Source of the DNA: Candidatus Eiseniibacteriota bacterium
GTDB lineage: Bacteria > Eisenbacteria > RBG-16-71-46
NCBI GenBank assembly: GCA_963776245.1
Contig: CAVZLN010000004.1
Location: forward strand, 224,001-288,000
DNA length: 64,000 nt
Direction: 5' to 3'
Shown here: in pieces, positions 22,886 through 30,913 of the stretch
How positions within the stretch are numbered: the first letter of the stretch is position 1
Layout of the letters: each line of letters opens with the position of its first letter
Notes under the pieces: model-generated
Database searches by the model: none
What the model was told of the DNA's origin: nothing
The model's input: the letters and a program-made list of their open reading frames with translations, nothing else
Program-made: the position numbers and the translations under genes

Positions 22886-23758
22886 ATGCTGAGCGCCCCT
22901 TCCGCCATCCTGTTCGCCCTCGTGCTGGTCGCCCCGGGCCCGGCCGCGTCGTTGCGCGAGCTGCTCGAACGCACCCCGCCCGACAGCCTGATCGGCCCCT
23001 TGCGCCGCCTCGAAGCCCGAAGCCCGCACGGCGACGAGGCGGGCGAGGCCGCGTACGCGCTCGGCCAGCTCCACTATGTGCGTGGCGAGTACGTGCGCGC
23101 CGCGGATGCGTTCGCCCGCGCCGCCGCGCACCTCGAGCCGGCTCGCAAGGGCGGGGCGCGCTACTGGTCCGGGCTGGCATGGCTCGGCGCCGGCGACCCG
23201 ACCCGGGCCCGCGCCGCGCTCGAGGAGGTGGCGCGCTCGGACGCGGCGCTCCGCGGACTCGCGCGGCTCGGCGTCGCGCTGTCCTGGGAGGCTTCGAAGC
23301 GGCCCGAGGAAGCGCTGAGCGCGCTCGAGCGGCTGGTGGATGACCGGCCGGGCGAGGCGGCACCGGCGGCGCTCGCTCACCTCGAGACACTCGCCACCCG
23401 CCTGCGTCGCGACGCGGTGGCGAGACGCGCGCACGAGCGCCTGCTGCGCGAATGGCCCGGCAGCCTCGAAGCGGCGAGCGCGCGCGCCGTGCTCGACCCG
23501 GCCGGGACGACGGCCCCCGCAACCGGCGTGGTGGGCGTCGAGGTCGGTGCGTTCGCCGATGTCGGCCGCGCTCGCGCGCTCGCCGAGGCCGCCCGGCGCG
23601 CCGGATTCGCGGAGGCGCAGGTGGTCGCGCGCGGCGCTGGCCCGGCTCTCCTGCACCACGTCCGCGTGGGAGAATTCCCGAGCGCGGTCGTGGCGCAGCG
23701 CGCGGGCGAGCGCGCCGCGCAGGCCCTCGGCGTCCGGTTCCAGCTGGTGAAGCCGTGA
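22886..23758 (+). CDS. Exported TPR + SPOR domain protein
   Basis: Signal peptide, TPR-like helices (AAYALGQLHY), C-terminal VEVGAF...VRVGEF SPOR pattern. Confidence 0.75.
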   Translation: MLSAPSAILFALVLVAPGPAASLRELLERTPPDSLIGPLRRLEARSPHGDEAGEAAYALGQLHYVRGEYVRAADAFARAAAHLEPARKGGARYWSGLAWLGAGDPTRARAALEEVARSDAALRGLARLGVALSWEASKRPEEALSALERLVDDRPGEAAPAALAHLETLATRLRRDAVARRAHERLLREWPGSLEAASARAVLDPAGTTAPATGVVGVEVGAFADVGRARALAEAARRAGFAEAQVVARGAGPALLHHVRVGEFPSAVVAQRAGERAAQALGVRFQLVKP

Positions 23759-26388
23759 CCGCTCCGCCGAGTGTGCGCGCCGCGGCGGCCACCCCGGTCA
23801 TGCGCCAGTACCTGGACGCCAAACGGGAGCATCCGGACGCGTTCCTGTTCTTCCGCCTCGGCGACTTCTACGAGATGTTCCTCGCGGATGCGATCCGCGC
23901 CGCGGGCCTGCTCGGGCTCACGCTCACGTCGCGGAACAAGCAGGACCCCGAGCCCATCCCGATGTGTGGGATCCCTTGGCATCAGCGCGATGCCTACGTC
24001 GCGCGCCTGCTGCGTCTCGGGCACAAGGTCGCGATCTGCGAGCAGCTCGAGGATCCGTCCCAGGCGAAGGGCATCGTGCAGCGCGGTGTCACCGAGGTGC
24101 TCACCCCGGGCTCGGTGACGGGCGAGAGCTTCCTCGATCCGGCGGCGAACAACTTCCTCGCCGCGCTCTGGCCCACCGTGGACTCGCTCGGGGTGTGCCT
24201 CGCGGACGCCTCGACCGGCGAGGTGAAGCTGGCCGAGACCGGCTGGGCCGATGCCCCGGGCCTGCTCTCGCGGCTGCGCGTGTCGGAGTGGGTCGTGCCG
24301 GGAGCGGACGGCCTCGACGCCGCGCTCGCCGACCGGCTCGACGCCGCGCGCCGGGGGCTCCCCGGTGCCCTGAGCCTGGTGCGCAGCGACCGCTTCGAGG
24401 ACGAGGCGCGGGTCACTGCCCGCTGGCCTGCAGCCGCGGCCGTGCTGTCCGCGCTCCCGGCGGCGCGCGCCGCGGCGGCCGGGGCGCTCGAATACCTCGA
24501 CCGCATGCAGGGCGCCGAGGCGCTGCGCGGCGCGCGCGTCGAGCGCTGGGCGGAGGACGAGACCTTGCGCTACGACGCCGCCACCGCGCGCCACCTCGAG
24601 CTTTTCGATCCCCAGCCGGGCGGCGAGCCGCGTCACACCCTGTGGCATCACCTCGACCTCACCGCCACCGCGCCCGGCGCGCGCCGTCTGCGCGCATGGC
24701 TGGAGCGCCCGCTGGCCGCGCCCGCGCCGCTGGCCGAGCGCCAGGCCGCGGTCGCGACGTGGCTCGAGGCCGCCGCGGCGCGGGCGCACTTCCGCGAGGC
24801 GATGCGCGGCCTGCCCGACCTCGAGCGCCTCGTCGCGCGCCTGCTCGCGGCACGGGCGACGCCACGGGAACTGGGCGCGCTGCGCGACACGCTGCAGCGG
24901 CTGCCGGCGCTGAGCGAAGCGCTCGCGGCGCTCGGGGACGCGCTCCCGGCCGCTCGCGGCGCGGCGCTCGCCGTGGACGCGGCGCTCGCCGCGCGGCTCG
25001 CCGCGGCGCTCGTGGACGAGCCGCCCCCGGTCTCGAACGCGGGCGGCGTGATCCGCGTGCGCTACGACGAGCATCGTGACCATCTCCACGAGCGGTCGCG
25101 CTCCGGCAAGCGTTGGATCGCGGAGCTCGAGGCGAGCGAGCGCGCGCGGACCGGCATCCCGAGTCTCAAGGTGGGGTTCAACCGGGTGTTCGGCTACTAC
25201 CTCGAGGTCACGCGCGCCCACGCCGACAAGGTGCCGGCCGACTACGAGCGGCGCCAGACCCTGACCACCGCCGAGCGCTACGTCACGCCCGAGCTCAAGG
25301 CCAAGGAGAGCGAGGTGCTGAGCGCCGAGGACAAACTCCAGGCGCGCGAGCACGAGCTGTTCGTGGCGCTGCGAGAATGGTGCGCCGGTTTCGCCGGGCC
25401 GCTTCAGAGGGCCGCCGAGGCGCTCGGCGCGCTCGACGCTGAGTCCACGCTCGCCGAGGTGGCGTCGCGCTACGGCTGGACCCGCCCCGAGCTCGACGAC
25501 AGCGACCGCCTGGTGCTCGAGGACGCGCGCCACCCGGTGGTGGAGCGTCTCATCCCGCGCGGGGAGTTCGTGCCGAATGGCATCACGCTCGACGCGGCGC
25601 AGCGCCAGATCCTGCTGCTCACCGGTCCCAACATGGGCGGCAAGAGCACCTACCTGCGCCAGGTGGCGCTCGTCGTGCTGCTGGCCCAGAGCGGTTCGTG
25701 GGTGCCGGCCGCGCGCGCCGTGATCGGCCGCGTCGATCGCTTGTTCACCCGCGTCGGCGCCTCCGACCGCCTCGGCGCCGGGCAGAGCACGTTCATGGTG
25801 GAGATGCAGGAGACCGCCGACATCCTGCGCTCGGCGACCCCGCGTTCGCTGGTGCTGCTCGACGAGATCGGCCGCGGCACCGCCACGTACGACGGCCTGG
25901 CGCTGGCGTGGGCGGTGACCGAACACCTGCACGATGCCGCGGGCCCGCGGCCGCGCACCCTGTTCGCCACCCACTACCACGAGCTGACCCAGCTCGCCGA
26001 GCGCCTGCCGCGGCTCGTGAACGTGCACGTGACCGTCAAGGAGCGCGGAGACACGGTGGTGTTCCTGCACCGCATCGCCGAGGGCGCCGCCGACCGTTCG
26101 TACGGCATCCACGTGGCGCGCCTCGCCGGCCTGCCGCTGAGCGTGATCGAGCGCGCCCGGGAGGTGCTCGAGGAACTGGAGAGCGAGCGCACCGTGGAGC
26201 AGCTCGAGACCCACGCGAGGGGCCGGCGCGCAAAACGCGACGAGAGCCAACTCGGCCTGTTCGCCGCCACTCCCGCAGCGCATCCCGCCGCCGATGCGCT
26301 CAAGGCACTCGACGTGGAGACGCTCACCCCGCTCGAGGCGCTCAACCTGCTCGCGAGATGGAAGCGCGAGTGGGGGAGCACGGGGTAG
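23755..26388 (+). CDS. mutS: DNA mismatch repair protein MutS
   Basis: TPVMRQY, FRLGDFYEMF, TGPNMGGKSTYLRQ, STFMVEM, DEIGRGT, SYGIHVA, clamp motif QLGLF. Confidence 0.98.
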   Translation: MTAPPSVRAAAATPVMRQYLDAKREHPDAFLFFRLGDFYEMFLADAIRAAGLLGLTLTSRNKQDPEPIPMCGIPWHQRDAYVARLLRLGHKVAICEQLEDPSQAKGIVQRGVTEVLTPGSVTGESFLDPAANNFLAALWPTVDSLGVCLADASTGEVKLAETGWADAPGLLSRLRVSEWVVPGADGLDAALADRLDAARRGLPGALSLVRSDRFEDEARVTARWPAAAAVLSALPAARAAAAGALEYLDRMQGAEALRGARVERWAEDETLRYDAATARHLELFDPQPGGEPRHTLWHHLDLTATAPGARRLRAWLERPLAAPAPLAERQAAVATWLEAAAARAHFREAMRGLPDLERLVARLLAARATPRELGALRDTLQRLPALSEALAALGDALPAARGAALAVDAALAARLAAALVDEPPPVSNAGGVIRVRYDEHRDHLHERSRSGKRWIAELEASERARTGIPSLKVGFNRVFGYYLEVTRAHADKVPADYERRQTLTTAERYVTPELKAKESEVLSAEDKLQAREHELFVALREWCAGFAGPLQRAAEALGALDAESTLAEVASRYGWTRPELDDSDRLVLEDARHPVVERLIPRGEFVPNGITLDAAQRQILLLTGPNMGGKSTYLRQVALVVLLAQSGSWVPAARAVIGRVDRLFTRVGASDRLGAGQSTFMVEMQETADILRSATPRSLVLLDEIGRGTATYDGLALAWAVTEHLHDAAGPRPRTLFATHYHELTQLAERLPRLVNVHVTVKERGDTVVFLHRIAEGAADRSYGIHVARLAGLPLSVIERAREVLEELESERTVEQLETHARGRRAKRDESQLGLFAATPAAHPAADALKALDVETLTPLEALNLLARWKREWGSTG

Positions 26389-26396
26389 GTAGCCCA

Positions 26397-27032
26397 ATGC
26401 GCTTGTCGGGTCTTGGCCCGGTGTTCGTGCTGGTCGTGGCCACGGGACTTTCCGGGTGCTCGAATCCGGGGGACCAGCGGTTCCGCGCGTCGGTTGGACC
26501 GGTTCTGAAGCAATGTGCCGGACTCAATTCCCAATTGAGCGTGGGCGAGCAGTGGGGCGAGGATCTCCAGCGCGAGGCGATACGAGCCGATGCGGCCATC
26601 CGACGCTTTCGTGCGGCCATTGGGACATTACCCCGTCCGAGTGAAAGGCAGCTTAGATACCTGGAATTCAGGCTCCTTGCTATCTACGGGAGTGCCAAGA
26701 ACCTGCTCGCGGCAAGGGTGGCTGCGGTTGACGCTCAATACAACGCGCGATTCCCCGGACTGGCCCCCGGGAATCGGAGAATCGCGGTGGCCCAGCTGAG
26801 CGAGTGTATGCGACAGCTGTCCGAGACCACAGCACAGCACGGCAGGGCGATCAGCTACTTGATAGCGGCCGAGCACGTCGTACTGGGGACGCACATTGTG
26901 CGTGATGCTCTGGAGGCGGCGTACCCGGGAGGCGGTCAGGACCAGCCAGGGCAGCGTGCCAAACGGCACGTCAGCACCAGCGTGGAAGCCGAACGCCTCG
27001 TACGCTCGGAGATCGCAGCAATGCGCTGGTGA
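26397..27032 (+). CDS. Hypothetical lipoprotein, atypical (lower-GC) composition
   Basis: Signal with lipobox LSGC; visibly more A/T-ending codons than neighbours. Confidence 0.55.
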   Translation: MRLSGLGPVFVLVVATGLSGCSNPGDQRFRASVGPVLKQCAGLNSQLSVGEQWGEDLQREAIRADAAIRRFRAAIGTLPRPSERQLRYLEFRLLAIYGSAKNLLAARVAAVDAQYNARFPGLAPGNRRIAVAQLSECMRQLSETTAQHGRAISYLIAAEHVVLGTHIVRDALEAAYPGGGQDQPGQRAKRHVSTSVEAERLVRSEIAAMRW

Positions 27033-28518
27033 AGTGTGGCGTGTGCTCTGACAGGCGAGGTGGTGCCGCGCTTCCTGGAGAAGACAGGCAGCGGGTGTCC
27101 AATCCGCTGCTCTCGCCCAGCGGCTTCCTCACCCTCCGATCGCGTTCATGCCCGGAGCGCTCGCGAGGTTCGGGACGCCGGCGTGCGCCGCCGGGCGCCA
27201 GCCTCGAGAGCGCAGCCCGCACCCTCGCCTCGATCGGCGCGTCCACCATGGTGTCGCAGCACGCCGCCGCGCGGCGCGCCTCGTCGGCCCGGAATCCGAG
27301 CCCCCGGAGCCACGGGATCACTTCGTCCGCGCTGGCCTGCCGGGCGGCGGCGCGTTCGCGCTCCTGTGCCTGTGCATCCTCGCGTGCGCGCGCCTCGGCG
27401 GCGGCGTGCGCCCGCTTCGCTTCGCGGGTCGCCGCCGCCCGGCGCTGGGACTCGGCGCGCTTGTGAGCCATGAACCCGGCGCCGTAGGTGCGCTCCGCCT
27501 CGAACTGGTTGTGCGCCCGGCAGCGCAGGCGCAGTCCGGCCGGCGTCGCCTGCCCGCCGCGCGCGAACGGGTCGATGTGATCGAACTCCAACCTCGCGGT
27601 GGCCCCGCAGCGCCGGCCTGACTCGCTCACGAAGGTGCACTGGCCGCCGTCGCGCTGCCAGACGGTGCGCCGCACGGCGGCGGGCACGTAGCGGCTGTCC
27701 GCCGCGCGGCGCCGGCGGCTCGGGCACGAGCGGGCGGTGGGGGCGAACTTGCGCTGCTCGAGCTTGGAGATCAGCGCATCGAGGGCGCGGTCCAGCACCT
27801 GCACGAGGTCGCCCGAGGGCACCGCGTGCCCGAGCAGGGCCTGGGCGTAGCGCAGCCTGTCGTGGGTGGCTTGGCCGATGGTGCACTGGAGGGCGAAGCT
27901 CCCGGGTGACAAGGGCCCGATCACCGGGTGTGACGCAGGTGGGCGAACACGCCCCGGGGCGTGTTGCATGACATCGTCCTGAACTGGCGGCGCCGCCAGT
28001 TGAGCGAGGGGATTCCCAACTGGCGGCGCCGCCAGTTCACCCGCGAGCGCGCCGACTGGCGCCGGCGCCAGTTCGTCGCCAGCGAGCGGCTGCACCAGTG
28101 CCGGCAGGTTGGGCCGTGGGAAGCGCTCGGCCAGCAGCCGCTCGAGCTCGCGGTCCGTCCTGCCCGCCGCGGCGGCGAGCAGATCGTCGGCGGTGTCGAC
28201 GGTCAGATAGGGTGCCAGCCGCAGCACCGCGCTGAGGTTCAGTCGGCCGTCGGCCAGCATCGGGAAGATGGCGGGGAACTCCCGGGCCGTGCGGGCCGCG
28301 CGGATGCGCCGGAACGCCGCGTCATCGGACAGCCCCAGCTCGCCCACGCACCAGGCGAACATGGACGGGTAGGCCGCCGGCCGGTAGAGCCGGCGGGCAT
28401 CGACCTCGGCGAGGTGGGCGAGCAGCGCGGCGGTGGTGACGCGGTCCTGCGCGACGAGCGCGGCCAGGTCATGCAGCAGGACCGGGTCGGAGAGATGGGA
28501 CAGCGAGTAGGACGGCAT
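26971..28518 (-). CDS. HNH endonuclease-domain protein (helical DUF222-like N-terminus, repeat linker, HNH, RuvA-C-like tail)
   Basis: LLAHLAEVDARRLY...YPSMFAWC; VRRTVWQRDGGQCTF...C...LEFDHIDPFARGG...CRAHN; true 3' end uncertain (62-bp overlap with the convergent gene). Confidence 0.85.
   Translation of the reverse strand: MPSYSLSHLSDPVLLHDLAALVAQDRVTTAALLAHLAEVDARRLYRPAAYPSMFAWCVGELGLSDDAAFRRIRAARTAREFPAIFPMLADGRLNLSAVLRLAPYLTVDTADDLLAAAAGRTDRELERLLAERFPRPNLPALVQPLAGDELAPAPVGALAGELAAPPVGNPLAQLAAPPVQDDVMQHAPGRVRPPASHPVIGPLSPGSFALQCTIGQATHDRLRYAQALLGHAVPSGDLVQVLDRALDALISKLEQRKFAPTARSCPSRRRRAADSRYVPAAVRRTVWQRDGGQCTFVSESGRRCGATARLEFDHIDPFARGGQATPAGLRLRCRAHNQFEAERTYGAGFMAHKRAESQRRAAATREAKRAHAAAEARAREDAQAQERERAAARQASADEVIPWLRGLGFRADEARRAAACCDTMVDAPIEARVRAALSRLAPGGARRRPEPRERSGHERDRRVRKPLGESSGLDTRCLSSPGSAAPPRLSEHTPHFTSALLRSPSVRGVRLPRWC
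27946..28073. repeat. Four 18-20-bp palindromes at exact 36-bp period inside the HNH gene
   Basis: AACACGCCCCGGGGCGTGTT (27946), AACTGGCGGCGCCGCCAGTT (27982 and 28018), gACTGGCGCCGGCGCCAGTt (28054); unrelated 16-bp spacers. Confidence 0.92.
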
Positions 28519-28736
28519 GGCGGGACTCCGCAACGGGGACTCGGTCGCGGGGGCACACGCTCTGTATAGCATGCGTGTCCGAGGCGCTCGTGCGTGCCCG
28601 GAGGGCGCGCCGCGCGGGGCATCGCGCAAAATGACGAGCCGCTCGCAGGCGCGAGGACGTCTGCGCGCATCCTGCGCGCGCAGGCGCGCGATCGCAGCAC
28701 GGGCCGCGGGTCGGGCACGCCAGGGTGCGCGAATCG

Positions 28737-28779
28737 TGTCAAGCGAAATCGTGGGTGCAGACTGGGGACACGGGTGACA
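28737..28779 (+). mobile_element. Possible solitary IS481-like terminal sequence
   Basis: TGTCAAGCGAAATCGTGGGTGCAGACTGGGGACACGGGTGACA resembles IS481-family ends as I recall them (5'-TGT, internal GGACAYRGGTGACA); no transposase or partner end seen. Confidence 0.45.
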
Positions 28780-28900
28780 GATCAGACCAGAAGAACGGGC
28801 GACGGTTCTTCCGCGCGCGCTGCGCACTTCCCCCTGCGCGGGGCACCCGCTTCATTCGCGCTCAAGTGGGGAAAATGGCAGCTCGTGCGCGCGCCTTCGC

Positions 28901-29554
28901 TCACACCCTTCGCGCGATCTTCGCCGCGCGCGCGGGGCTCGCGACCGCGACCGGATCGGATTCCGGAGCCCGCGTCGGCATCATGGGGGCCGACAATCCG
29001 ATGAGCGCACCCACCGGGATGAGCCGCGCCTGCTGCCGGCGCTGGCGCTCGACTCGCGCGTCGGCGCGCGGCGGGGCGTCGGGCCGGTCCCGGCGGTAGG
29101 CCATCAGCCGCTTCCAGTGGGACGGCCGGGCGCACTGCATCCATGCCTCGAACTCGTAGGCATCGTGGAACCACTCCCGGATGCCCGCCAGCGGCAGCCG
29201 CCGCTCGCACGAGCGCGGGTCGTAGTCGCGGCAGAGCACCGGATGCCGTCCATGGATGGCGCACCGTCCATCGTCCTTCAATTGAGTGCAGCGCGTCTCG
29301 ATGTGCAGGAACCAGTGCTCGGGGGTCTCCACGTACATCTCGATCGCGGCGTGGTGGAGCGCCCAGATCCACTGGTCGTATTCCCAGGCGGCGCGCGGGG
29401 CGTCCACCTCGACGATGATGTAGGTGCAGCACTTCACGCACCCCGCGCACCAGTCGGCGTTCTCGCCCGGTGTGAGGTCCTTGGGGTCGCGTTCGTCGTC
29501 GTCGGGTGCGACGACGGTGGGGTGGTGCGGGTCGTGGGGGCCGTGGCCTTTCAT
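28901..29554 (-). CDS. YkgJ family cysteine-cluster (CxxCxxCC) protein
   Basis: CAGCVKCC...C..L...GRCAIHGRHPVLCRDY. Confidence 0.85.
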   Translation of the reverse strand: MKGHGPHDPHHPTVVAPDDDERDPKDLTPGENADWCAGCVKCCTYIIVEVDAPRAAWEYDQWIWALHHAAIEMYVETPEHWFLHIETRCTQLKDDGRCAIHGRHPVLCRDYDPRSCERRLPLAGIREWFHDAYEFEAWMQCARPSHWKRLMAYRRDRPDAPPRADARVERQRRQQARLIPVGALIGLSAPMMPTRAPESDPVAVASPARAAKIARRV

Positions 29555-29606
29555 GGAGCCTTCATAGCATGCGCCGCGACGCGGCCACAACCGAAAGGGC
29601 CGGATG

Positions 29607-30404
29607 TCAGCGAGCGGAGGCCGGCGACGACACCACCTCGCGCGCGACCCGCGCCAACTCGGTGTCCGGACTGGCGGCGGCGAAGCGGGCGGCGGCGGCC
29701 TTCAAAGCGGGGTGAGGTGCGCCGGCCGCGGCATCGAGCGCGAGCCAGGCCATGCGCTCGACCGCCTGCGGGAGCAGGGCGCGATCGAGGATCGCGGCCA
29801 GCGTCTCGGCCGCCGCGGGCTGGGTGCCGAACGCGCGCGGCGACTTCCACAGCGCCCGCGCGGCTTCCCCGCGCACCGGTTCGACCGGGTCGAGCATCAG
29901 CGAGAGCAGCGCCGCGCGCAGCGAATCGCGCACCGGGTGCGCGAGGTAGCGGGCCGGGTTGCCGGGCGTGGCGTGCTCGATGTCGGTGACGAGGGTGTTG
30001 AGCCCGAGCGCGAGCGCGGCCTGTTCGCGCACCACGGGGTCGGGATCGTACACGTACCGGAGGATGCGTGCGACGTCGCGCGGGGATCGGTAGGACCACC
30101 TCCGGAACGCGCGGAACTTGTCGCGCTGGGTGCGCGGCGGTGCAGCGGCGGGTTCCGGCGGCACCACCGGGCGCAGCACGAGCGGCGACAGCGCGACCGC
30201 GAGCGCCCAGATCAGCAGTGCGCGGCGCGAGCGCGGGGGCATCGGGTCGCGCAGCGCGGACGCCGCACCGATCACCGCGCCCATCATCGGGAGCCACAGC
30301 CAGCCGCCGGAAAGCAGGAACGCCCGCAGGGCCGCAGCCGCGTCGCGGAGGCCGAGCGCAAGCAGCACGTAACCGGCGGCCGCGGCGGCCATCGCCACCA
30401 GCAT
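29607..30404 (-). CDS. Membrane protein with HEAT-like repeats
   Basis: 3 N-terminal TM segments; DPDPVVREQAALALG and DPVEPVRGEAARALW; start uncertain. Confidence 0.65.
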   Translation of the reverse strand: MLVAMAAAAAGYVLLALGLRDAAAALRAFLLSGGWLWLPMMGAVIGAASALRDPMPPRSRRALLIWALAVALSPLVLRPVVPPEPAAAPPRTQRDKFRAFRRWSYRSPRDVARILRYVYDPDPVVREQAALALGLNTLVTDIEHATPGNPARYLAHPVRDSLRAALLSLMLDPVEPVRGEAARALWKSPRAFGTQPAAAETLAAILDRALLPQAVERMAWLALDAAAGAPHPALKAAAARFAAASPDTELARVAREVVSSPASAR

Positions 30405-30463
30405 GGCGCCGCCGAGGACGCGCCCAGCGAGGTTGGGGCGCGTTTCGCTGGCGGGAGCGGGGG

Positions 30464-30838
30464 TCAGTCGCGGTCCTCGCGGCGCCGCTTGCCGTCCCCC
30501 GCGACCATCTTCCACACCATCCCAACGAACGAGAGGATCAGCGACGCCACCAGCGCGGTGAGCAGGCCGTCCACGTGGAGCCCGGGAACCAGCCAGGCCG
30601 TGATCCCGACCATCAGGGCGTTGAGCACGAACAGGAACAGCCCGAGCGTGAGGATGGTGACGGGGAGCGTGAGCACGAACAGGACCGGCTTGAGCAGGGT
30701 GTTGGCGAGGGCGAGCACCACCGCGCCGATCAGCGCGGCCTGCCAGCCGTCCACGCGGAACCCGGGCAGCACGCCGGACATCGACAGCCCCATCATGGCC
30801 GCCGCCATCACCACGAAGTAGAGCAGATGCTTGAGCAT
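30464..30838 (-). CDS. YvlD-like 4-TM 'phage holin family' membrane protein
   Basis: LANTLLKPVLFVLTLPVTILTLGLFLFVLNALM signature. Confidence 0.88.
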   Translation of the reverse strand: MLKHLLYFVVMAAAMMGLSMSGVLPGFRVDGWQAALIGAVVLALANTLLKPVLFVLTLPVTILTLGLFLFVLNALMVGITAWLVPGLHVDGLLTALVASLILSFVGMVWKMVAGDGKRRREDRD

Positions 30839-30913
30839 CGATCCTCCACCGATCCGGGCCCGCCTCAGCGGGCAAGGGTCCAGGCCCTGCCGGTCAGATG
30901 ACCGGAGGCCTCG

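Noticed and set aside
27055..27115. tRNA-like 3' end (…GCGCGGCACCA on the minus strand) as an attachment site
   Set aside because: No T-arm or other tRNA features and no duplicate in the window.
27946..28073. CRISPR array or integron attC sites
   Set aside because: Spacers are only 16 bp, repeats differ in sequence, the array is in-frame within a CDS, and no cas or integrase is present. AAC...GTT ends recall attC but the units are far too short.
30464..30838. Prophage suggested by holin-family gene
   Set aside because: YvlD-like proteins are common chromosomal genes; no phage genes nearby.
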